From assembly GCA_020184695.1 (NCBI GenBank), contig JAANOX010000256.1, forward strand, positions 124,001 to 188,000: a DNA stretch of 64,000 nt. The letters run 5' to 3'. The notes under the pieces are model-generated. The model did not search any database and was not told the origin of the DNA. It was given only the letters and a program-made list of their open reading frames with translations. A program made the position numbers and the translations under genes. Shown here piece after piece: positions 36,788-46,232 of this stretch. The DNA is from Histomonas meleagridis 2922-C6/04-290x. Lineage: Eukaryota > Protista > Parabasalia. The number at the start of each line of letters is the position of its first letter. Position 1 is the first letter of the stretch.

Positions 36788-37149
36788 ATAAACACAAAAA
36801 ATTTTTCATTTTATTTACCTCCAATAGAACTATTTAAATATTCATTAAACATATACTTTTATATATATAAAAATATCAATAAAAAATAAGTAAATTATAA
36901 CTCTATTAACTTTTTATATATATTAATTTTTCGAATTTAATTTCATCTTCATAATATTATTTTTTAATTTAATTTATGGTATGGAAAAAAGTTCACTTGC
37001 CCCAAAAATTTATGTCCATCTCTATAGAGAAAGGCATCCGAAGGTGTCCTCTTAAATAAATGTTATTTATAATCCATTTAATTTTCTTCAGAAATTAGGC
37101 AAACTTAGAGAAAAGCACCAATGTGTTCAGTTTTAGATGATTATCTCGT

Positions 37150-37420
37150 GAGTATTTTATAAATAAACGTTTATAAGTGCTGTTTCAAATTATTAATACA
37201 TATCCAAAATTATTAAAACCTATTCCAAATTATTAAAATGAATATATTTTGCATTAACATCAATTCCTTCTTTAACTAAAAGTAATTTTACTATTTCTAT
37301 ATTATTATTTCAAACTGCTATATGAAGTGCTGTTTCAAATTATTGGAACATATTTTAAGTTATTAAAACATATTATAAATTATTAAAGTAAATACTTTTC
37401 ACATTAACATTTTAATTTAG
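37150..37420 (-). pseudogene. Decayed ankyrin-repeat gene with two 3x20-nt insert clusters
   Basis: Minus strand reads NVNVKS-[60 nt]-TALHIAV*NNNIEIVKLLLVKEGIDVNAKY-[60 nt]-TALINV; one repeat contains an in-frame TGA. Confidence 0.7.
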
Positions 37421-37442
37421 AACTGATGTATCCCATAAAAGC

Positions 37443-37465
37443 ATATATATATATATATATATATA
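37443..37465. repeat. (AT)n microsatellite
   Basis: Direct reading. Confidence 0.9.
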
Positions 37466-37732
37466 CATTGTGTAAACAAACGAATCATAAATTATACGTT
37501 ACAGATTTAACGCCCAAATAGAGTCGTGCAAGCAGAAGGCTTCACATTCAAAATTGTTACAAAATCAAAAATTTTATTAGCATATTGATGTATAGTAATT
37601 AACTGATAGATATGATGTGTCTGTTGGATTTTAAAAAATTTCTATTTTGATAAAAAGATACCCATCTTTCTAATGTTTATTAATAATTGAATTAAATTAA
37701 AGTTAACGTCCAGAATCCCAAATAAATACTTC

Positions 37733-38322
37733 ATGGAAATTAGGACTCCTAAAACATTTCTTCAATTTTCAGCAACTTTAGAATCAAAAAACAAAGCAGA
37801 CATTGTACGAGAATTTGCTTTAGAATATTGTCTTGATGATTATTCATTCTCTGTCAATGAAATTGTCGTTCCAAATTCCGGATTCAAAGGAGGGAAATTT
37901 CTCTCAAAAACAACATTCACAAATCCAAGTACAGGAAATCCATATCAACCAAATGAAATTTTCATTGGCGCAAAAATTAATTTGAATGGATGGATTTTTA
38001 TCATACAAGAAGCATCAGAAAATGCTCTTCGTGTGATGGAATCTAGACCTGATCTCTTTGTTAAGTGCGATTTATCAGGATATCATATGATATTTTATCA
38101 AAAGCAAGAAATCGAGTTAAAGGGAAAATTAAATCACTCCTTGAAAAGTTTCTCGAAAAAGACAAAAGGAAAAAGGGATATGTATCTCTTGAACAAATGC
38201 AAGATGTGTGTTCACGGTTCGACCTCATTTTTGGTGATCAAGAATTTTTAACTGTTTTCCGAAGGTTTCAAATAGGTGAAACTTATTTCGACTACAACGA
38301 ATTTGTCAAAAACCTTGAATAG
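37733..38322 (+). CDS. DM10-domain + EF-hand-like protein (EFHC-related), split across two frames near 38065-38100
   Basis: SFSVNEIVVPNSGFKGGKFL...IFIGAKINLNG..FIIQEASENALRVME is DM10-like. The second frame has DKRKKGYVSLEQM and FDYNEFV. Confidence 0.65.
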
Positions 38323-38621
38323 AAATATTTTTATTTGTAAAAATTAGAGATGCTAAAAATGCATTTTATGCTGTTCTTGTTAAATGTAAACCAATGTTTG
38401 GAATTTTTTAGATCAATTTCCTGTTTGAATGGAAAAATATAATCTTTATCATTTGAATGTAAAAATTTAATAAAAAAAAAATAAGAAATATTAAGATTAA
38501 ACCATATTTCTTTAAAAGGGTATTAACAGGAAAATTTCAACCAAAAAAGTTTTTTGTGGTGTGATATATTTAGAAATACATATTCTGTTCTTTCAATAAA
38601 TTAAACGTGCAAAAAAAAAAA

Positions 38622-39317
38622 ATGAACTTTATAACAGAAGAAAAAGCCATACAAAGACTTGAAAGGGAAAATAAAGAACAACTAGAAACAATACAAAAAT
38701 TACTAATAAATCTAAGTTTGCCTAAAAATATTTTAAACAAGTTTACCAACAATCGATTTCAAGAAGATAACCTAAAAATTTCTCAGCTCAAAAAGATATT
38801 AAAAGAAAAAGAACAAAAATATATTTCTCTTCAAAAACAAATCACTGAATATGTCCATATTTCAAAATTAATTGAAAAAGAAATTGAACAAAACGAAGAA
38901 GAAAGAGGGAAAATATGGAATCAATTTCAAGAGGAAATATCTACTCCACGTAATGAGGAAGAGAATAATACTTTCGAAGATTTAAGTGAGCAAATTTTTC
39001 AAAAAACTGAAGAAAAGAAGCTCATCAAAAAAAAGAACAGAGAGATTCAGAATCAATTTATAAAATTCAAACAAGAACTTCAAGATAGTACTACACATAT
39101 CCAAAAATTACAAACTGAACTTCAAAGTTATCAAAAGCAACTTGATGCATCACAAGTTGATGAAAGTTTAATTCAGGTTTATAATTCAAACCAAAATTTG
39201 ATAACAAATCTAAAGGAACAGATCAATAAAGCGAATGCTAGAATCAATTCATTAAGAGGAGACAACAAAATTCTCAAGAAAGCAATATCTGATCTAACAA
39301 ATTCAAGCTCATCATAG
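38622..39317 (+). CDS. Coiled-coil hypothetical protein
   Basis: Long ORF rich in Q/E/K heptads; first ATG at 38622. Confidence 0.65.
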   Translation: MNFITEEKAIQRLERENKEQLETIQKLLINLSLPKNILNKFTNNRFQEDNLKISQLKKILKEKEQKYISLQKQITEYVHISKLIEKEIEQNEEERGKIWNQFQEEISTPRNEEENNTFEDLSEQIFQKTEEKKLIKKKNREIQNQFIKFKQELQDSTTHIQKLQTELQSYQKQLDASQVDESLIQVYNSNQNLITNLKEQINKANARINSLRGDNKILKKAISDLTNSSSS

Positions 39318-39377
39318 CAGAATTGCGTTTTCTTCTCTCATCCGACCATATATGCGACATGTGATGTTAAATATTTA

Positions 39378-39953
39378 ATGACTACCAAATGCAAAGTCGT
39401 TTTTCTTGGTGCTGCAGGGACGGGAAAAAGCTCACTTATTAGTAGGTTCATGAATAGTACATTTGACAAAGATTATTCGTCTACAATTGGAATTGATTTT
39501 TTCACAAAGCCAATTCAAGTTCAAGACCATACTGTTAATCTTCAAGTGTGGGATACTGCAGGTCAGGAAAGATTTAGATCATTAATCCCAGCTTATATCA
39601 GAGATTCAAATATTGCTGTTATAGTTTATGATGTATCAGATCCAAATACTTTCGAAGAAGCAAAAGGATGGCAAAAAACAGTAATGAGCGAACGCGGAAG
39701 TGATGCTACTTGCATATTTGTGGGAAATAAAAATGATCTAGAAAGCAAAGTTCCACATGAACAAGTCACAGAATTTACTAAATCACTTTCGATCCAAACA
39801 ATTGAAACGTCTGCAAAAACTGGGCAAAATGTAACAAGACTTTTCAAACTTATTTGTGAATCAATTCCTGATCTCTCACGTGCCCAAACTGATCCAATTG
39901 TAATTGTTGAAAACGCAGAAGTGACACAAAATCCAAACCGATGCTATTGTTAA
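39378..39953 (+). CDS. Rab GTPase (Rab6-like)
   Basis: GAAGTGKS, STIGIDF, WDTAGQERFRSLIPAYIRDS, GNKND, ETSAK and a CxC prenylation end. Confidence 0.93.
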   Translation: MTTKCKVVFLGAAGTGKSSLISRFMNSTFDKDYSSTIGIDFFTKPIQVQDHTVNLQVWDTAGQERFRSLIPAYIRDSNIAVIVYDVSDPNTFEEAKGWQKTVMSERGSDATCIFVGNKNDLESKVPHEQVTEFTKSLSIQTIETSAKTGQNVTRLFKLICESIPDLSRAQTDPIVIVENAEVTQNPNRCYC

Positions 39954-40329
39954 AGTATATAAATTATTTTTAGATTTTTAATTAGATTTCTTTGATATAT
40001 TATTTTGCATTTCTTTTTTAGATTATTACAAAAATTTAATTCTTTTTATACAGAAACAATCCTAAAATGCTGTGAAATTTCAAATTGTATTCAATGAAAC
40101 TTAATATTTGATAATATCTTTCATAAAGTAATGGTTTAATTGCATGTTTGTGATGGTATTTATTGATGCTTCTCTATTTCAATTTAAATTATTATGGCAA
40201 ATTTCATTAGAATTATTACCTTCTTCATTTAAACACTTTCATTGCCACTAAAATAAAAAATTGTTTTTTGAATTGTTTGAGCAACTTGGGGAAAAGTGCT
40301 GTTTGACTTTTTCAATTTTATCGTTTTAT

Positions 40330-40920
40330 ATGGATAAAAAACAACAATATCACGGTGCATAATTGATATTACCAAACATTTTTACAAGAAGTTATCAACA
40401 ATATAGTGGAGATTATGTATACCCAAAACTATTGAGAATTTCATCAGAAAGAAGGAAGTTGTATAGCTCTTTTTATTATACGCGCTTCTAATTGTAAGAA
40501 ATGTAGAATTTCATTATGTTAAGGTGTCCGCTATAAAAGTATTTAAGTTTTTTGGTTTAGGTTTTCCCGATACATTTAACATCATTATAAGTAATATGGT
40601 TTATAATGCATTTTCATCACGAAAGCACGTATTTGACATTTACTTAAATTTTTTAAAAGAACTTCAAATGAAAGAAGAAGAAATTAATCAAAATATCGTT
40701 AAACTAATTACAATTTTTATCATTATTTAGGATATGTTTTAATAATTTTATATTTGTTTTAATAATTTTAAATATGTTTTAATAATTTGGAATTTATTTT
40801 AGTAATTTTATACAACAATTCAAATCGCACAACAAAATGGTTATACCATAATAGAAAATTTACTTTTTGAAAAAAGTACAAGCGAAAATCCTAATTGTCT
40901 TCTTCTATGTACATCAAATC
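40330..40920 (+). pseudogene. Decayed gene ending in an ankyrin-like repeat preceded by a 6x20-nt insert cluster
   Basis: EINQ-[17+3 units, 40692-40811]-TTIQIAQQNGYTNIENLLF; the upstream frame is broken. Confidence 0.55.
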
Positions 40921-41463
40921 TTCATTTTTAATAAGAAATGGAAACGAAATATATATTGATAATCATCAAAATCAACTCGAAGATTAAATTTGATCAAATG
41001 TACCCAGAAAACAATAGTAAGGATGCCAAATATTAAACACATACCTTATTGTACATTACTAGACGATATATCTTTATATAAAAATGATTTATATCTTATA
41101 AGACTATGTTTTTACATATAAAAGATATGATATTAATTTTGAAATTTGTTGAGCTGTTTACAGGAGATTATTTTCATATGCATACACCTGGAACAAATTT
41201 AAGGCTAATTCGTATATTCGGTGGTATTGTTTGAATTTGAATCATCATGATGGAATTAAATTTCGAAAAGCGATCAAACCTTTGAAGGAAGACCATCTAA
41301 TGTGAAACTTTTGTTGATTAGTGTTAACACAAAATATACTTTTCGTAAACAATAACTATTTACAGGAAATGTGATAATGTATTTATGACCTTAAAAAAAG
41401 AGAAAAAATTCGGGAATTGTGAATTATTTATTCATTACCACAATTCGAAGCAATTTTCTGATT

Positions 41464-42387
41464 TTACCTTGCGCCATGTGCTTTAAGGATATCAATTACT
41501 TCAGTATGACAATTATTTGTAGCAATTTTAAGTGCGGTTTGAAACAATTTTAATCAATTCCAATAATTTTTTTAAAACTTGAAACAATTTAATTAAATCT
41601 TAAAAATAACAAAAAAATATTTTTTCCATTAATATTAATTCCTTTTTGGTTAACAAGTAATTGAACAATTTCGGAATAACCTTTCCAAGAAGCCCAATAA
41701 AGCGCTGACCTACAAAAACGTAATAAATTAAAAAAACAAATTTGAAACCAAAAATTATCGAATGAAATATTATATAAAACAAAAACAACATCTTTTGCAT
41801 TAAAATCAATTCCTTTATGCTCAAGAAGTAATTTAACTACTTCAGTATGACCATTTACAGATGCTAAAATGAGCGCTGTATTAAATAATTTAAATGAATT
41901 CCAAATATTTGTCAAAAATATTATAAGTTAGAAAAAAATATTAAATAAAATAAAGAAATATCTTTTACATTTACATCAATACCATCGATTTCAAGAAGTA
42001 ATTTGACAATTTCAACATTACCAATTTCTGAAAATCGAATAAGTGCAGTTTTAAATACGTAAAATAAATACCTTGAAAAATGAAAATGAAACAAATATTA
42101 AAAATTAATATATTGTGGATCTTTTAGATTAATGTTACTTGGATCAATTTCATTTTCTTCAAGTATCTTGTTGCGTTCATTATTTTCTTGAAGCTCGCAA
42201 TTTTCTTTACCTCCTTCAGTCGTCGAATTTCCTTTGATTGCTTGCTTTAAATATTCTATTTCCTTTCGAAATTCAGCTTTTAATGATTCGATCTCTTGCT
42301 TTAATTCTTGATTTTCTTTCTTTAATTCTTCAAAGTATTGTAAAAAATAAATTTTAAAGAAACTTCTTTTGGCATTTGATTTTCCAT
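41464..42387 (-). CDS. Coiled-coil + ankyrin-repeat protein (4 repeats, ~216 aa after removing 17-nt inserts)
   Basis: MENQMPKE-[17]-FLQYFEELKKENQEL..., then repeats KTALIRFS, NTALILAS, RSALYWAS and QTALKIAT at 170/171-nt spacing. Stop at 41464-41466. Confidence 0.75.
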
Positions 42388-42952
42388 TGCTAAAAAAAAT
42401 CGATTTTTGGCTTGGTGGATTAAATGACTTTTTCTTATAAATTGAACGGTTTATCGATAAAGTGGATCAAACTTTCTTGTTGTACAAAGTCAACATGATT
42501 TTGTAGATGATTTTATTTGTGTTTTATTTTTATGAAAATATTTAAGTCAACTTGTTTTGTGATTTATACTCTATTATATATAATAAAATTAAAATATTTT
42601 CATTTTATTCATTCATGGCTTTTTCTGTTGTTATTTGGCCATTGATTACACTAAAAGTGACTTTAATCTTCTTTGTTTTTATATAATTTCAGTTATAGAC
42701 TAGCTAATTAACTTCACAAATAAAAAAGGTTTAAATAAATTTTTATAGCCAACAAAAACATTAATTTATTATGTAAGATTCATTATTAAGAAAAATATGG
42801 AAATGAATTAAAATAAAAAATTTATTACTAATTGCATTAAATTGAATATGTCTGCTATTTTAAAAGCATTAATTAACTTATTATTGGGTTAAAATTAGAA
42901 TATTTCTAATTTTAGGAATCAGCCGATCTTTCACATAACATTTCAGGCTGGA

Positions 42953-43798
42953 ATGTTGGTTTCTTCAACTTATTTCCAGTCAATTCTGGGTATCATTACT
43001 GCAACAACATTTGCTATTCTTACATGGCTTATATTTTCAATAAGGAAAAAGAAACTAATTAAAACTGCCTTGATCTTATTATTATCATTTATTTTAGGAA
43101 TTATCCAAGTGATATATAAGAAGTCAAAGTACTTGAAACCAAATGGCAATGTATGGAATGTTGGTAATATTATTACAAATAACTTCCTTGTTCAATTTGA
43201 AAATGGTTACATTCTGATTGATACAGGAAGATCTAAAAGTTACAAAAACTTTAAAGAAGGGCTAAATTACTATGGAATACAGCTTTCTGATATTAAATAT
43301 ATTTTCATCACTCATTCACATCATGCAGGATTTTTATCAGAATTACTCAAAGAAACATCAGCAATCGTAATACTAACACCATCTACATTGAACAAGCTTC
43401 GTCTTGGAGAAAATTCACCTACTACAAAATTTTCGTTTATTTCAAAATTGTTTGGTGAAAAACAATTACCAATTATCATTCAGCCAGATAGGATTATTCT
43501 GTATGAATATGATCAAGTATTCAGAAGGTACAACATATCTGCTACGATAATGGATCTACCAGGACATTCCTCAGATTCAATCGGAATCCTTTTTGATGAC
43601 GGAAAGATGTTCTGTGGCGATGTTGCGATGGGTGATTTCCCAGCTAAATGCCATCGACCAATTTATGTTGAAGATGAATATGCTCTTCAGATGAGTTGGG
43701 AAAAAATTATCAACAGCAACGCAAAATTTGTCTATCCCGGACATGGAAAACCATTTAGCATAGAAGAACTGAAAATGTGCCAAAAGTCAAATGTTTAA
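42953..43798 (+). CDS. MBL-fold metallo-hydrolase-like protein with N-terminal TM helices
   Basis: ILIDTG, ITHSHHAG, PGHSSDS, FCGD and YPGHG motifs; the HxHxDH motif is shortened. Confidence 0.8.
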   Translation: MLVSSTYFQSILGIITATTFAILTWLIFSIRKKKLIKTALILLLSFILGIIQVIYKKSKYLKPNGNVWNVGNIITNNFLVQFENGYILIDTGRSKSYKNFKEGLNYYGIQLSDIKYIFITHSHHAGFLSELLKETSAIVILTPSTLNKLRLGENSPTTKFSFISKLFGEKQLPIIIQPDRIILYEYDQVFRRYNISATIMDLPGHSSDSIGILFDDGKMFCGDVAMGDFPAKCHRPIYVEDEYALQMSWEKIINSNAKFVYPGHGKPFSIEELKMCQKSNV

Positions 43799-43945
43799 TA
43801 AAACGATAAATATATTGTTTGAGAATTAATCGTTAACCGTAGCATTAACACATTTTTAATTGAGAACTTATTTGGCCAAAAATATTTTTTGATTTCCTTA
43901 AAAAGAAAAAAAGAAAAGTGAATAATTATGGGGAGTTCCCCTTTT

Positions 43946-44488
43946 TTATGCTTTTTCGATTTTGAACTTGGAATCAAATGTAAAGTATTTGTTATCTCTT
44001 TCATCCTTAATGGTGTTAACAACTTTATATTCGCCACGGGTCATCTTTCCTACAGGAACTTCGCATTCATCGAGAGCTTTGGTAATTGGTGCGATTGTTG
44101 GTGGATATGAACCAATTTCGAAGCTAGCTTCTTGCTTAGCTAACATCTTCTTAGCTTTAGTCTCGAAAGTGATACCAAGAACAATATCATGGTGAACAAG
44201 GATTGTAACTTCGTAGTGGAAAGTTTGTCCTCCTTTGAGTACATAACCATTCTTCTTGAGGTCATTTAATTGGTCTTTGTCTTCCAAGTTATATGTATAT
44301 GTGTTGCCACCATGTATGACGACCTTAAATTCTTTTGCAATGACAAGACGTGGATCATCTTTTGGAGAAGCAAGTGATAAATCACCACCGGCAGCATCAC
44401 CAAGGAGAGACTCCTTCCACTTACGGACGCTTTCATCTTCATCTTCACGATCAAGGAATTTTTGTACGGAATTTTCTTGTTCGGTCAT
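43946..44488 (-). CDS. Rho GDP-dissociation inhibitor
   Basis: DEDESVRKWKESLLG, DDPRLVI and IGSYPP...RGEY pattern. Confidence 0.92.
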   Translation of the reverse strand: MTEQENSVQKFLDREDEDESVRKWKESLLGDAAGGDLSLASPKDDPRLVIAKEFKVVIHGGNTYTYNLEDKDQLNDLKKNGYVLKGGQTFHYEVTILVHHDIVLGITFETKAKKMLAKQEASFEIGSYPPTIAPITKALDECEVPVGKMTRGEYKVVNTIKDERDNKYFTFDSKFKIEKA

Positions 44489-44964
44489 GAAAAATGAAAA
44501 ACGGTTAATAATTGATTCAAAAAGTGATCATAATTGTTTAAAATAAAGATCGCGATCTGAATTACACCAAATTTTATTGAAATTTGAAATAATTGAATAT
44601 ATTCCTTGTGTCATCTTTTTTTACTCACAAATCTTTGTGTTTATCGTTTGGGAAAATGGATAATTTTTGAAAATTCGTGGGTTCCTTTGTTAATGTTTAG
44701 CAGAATCATTTCGGATTCTTGAAAAAATACAGCATTTATTTCAAGCAGGATGGAATGTTTAAACTAAGATTAATTGTTAAGTATATGACAAATGTGTTTT
44801 AGAAATTTCTAAAATTACTACTCGTTTTTGACTTTTGATAATAAATCATTAAGATGAATTGAATTTTATCGTTATTCAACAAAATACATTTTCACCAAAT
44901 TTAAGAGAACAAACAAACTATTTTAAAATATATAACATTTTTTAGTATGGAATCACTGCATTAA

Positions 44965-45947
44965 TTACATTTTCCAAATCCTTTTTGGCAGGAAAAGCAA
45001 ATTTGGAAATAAGTCAGGTTCAATCAATTTTTCATTTAAAAGAAGAACATTTTCAATTTCTTTTTTCTGTTCTTTAGAAAAAGAATTTAGTAAATCTTTT
45101 TTGTTATTTTTTTGTTCGTCAATTTCCTTTTTCGCCAAGTAAGCAACTACAGGCAACAAAGAACTTTTACTTTCCAATGCTTGCTCCAACAAATTTTTAC
45201 CATTTGGAAAGCATTGAAACATTGAATAACTTTTCTGGCTTAAAAGAATTGACAAACAAATTTTTGATCCGCTTTTTAGAACGGATTCCAATGGATGAAT
45301 TTCGCTTTCTGCATCGATATCTGCTCCATATTTAAGTAATAACATAACAGATTCAGCACATCCATTTTTAGAAGCAATCGAAAGTAGCGATTGTTGCTTT
45401 ACATTAACATTTGGATCTGCTTTAAAATCAAGTAAAATTTGTAATACGTTTATATCGTTACGACGAACTGCAAAATAAAGTGGTGTTCGAAAAGATGAAA
45501 AGAAATGTCTAAATAAAAAAAAGAAATTTGAAACCTTTTAAAAAATATTGTCCGGAATGTTTGGATCTGCGCCTGATTTTAAGAGTGATGATACAATCGG
45601 ATGATATCCCTTCCAAACTGAAATTAAAAGAGGTGTCATGCCATCTGAATTTTGTACATTAACATTTACCCCTTTTTTCAGCGTGGCCAGAATGGCAGGA
45701 TAATTATTAAATAATGTGCAATGATGAAGAAGTGTATTTTAAAAAATAAATAAACTTTAATAGAAAAAAATGAAACTTTAAAAGTAATAGAATAACTTCA
45801 AATATTTTTGTAAAACATCAAATAAGAAAAATTGATTTCATAATTTATATTTGAAAATCCTGAAAGCATTGCATAGTATTCATAATAATCTCCACTTTGA
45901 ATTCGTTCAAGCAGCAGTTGTAAATGTGTTTCCTCATCTGATTCCAT
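44965..45947 (-). CDS. Ankyrin-repeat protein (~281 aa after removing two insert clusters)
   Basis: ATG at 45947 (MESDEETHLQ...). Insert clusters at 45739-45836 and 45487-45549 join it in frame to ORF 44965..45345. Confidence 0.75.
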
Positions 45948-46232
45948 TTTTTAGTATTTTTGTAACGGAAAATTTAAACGGCCTTGAAATTAAATTAAAT
46001 AATCTTATAGAATATATTGAGTCAAATGTAATGTTGGAATCAATGAATGGATTCACGCCAATGATGAAGTTAAATGTAGAACTAAAGGTAAAATGAGAAA
46101 GAAGAAGGGAAATATTTAAAATGTTTTAGTAACAACAACAAAGAACAAATTGAACAAAGAATTCATATCGAAATTAATTGACAAAACAGAACAATTTCAC
46201 ATTTATAATGACAAAAATACATCAAAATTTGT

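Noticed and set aside
45504-45535. 26-nt GT...AG segment as a short spliceosomal intron
   Set aside because: An in-frame TAA precedes it, and its removal does not restore the ankyrin loop.
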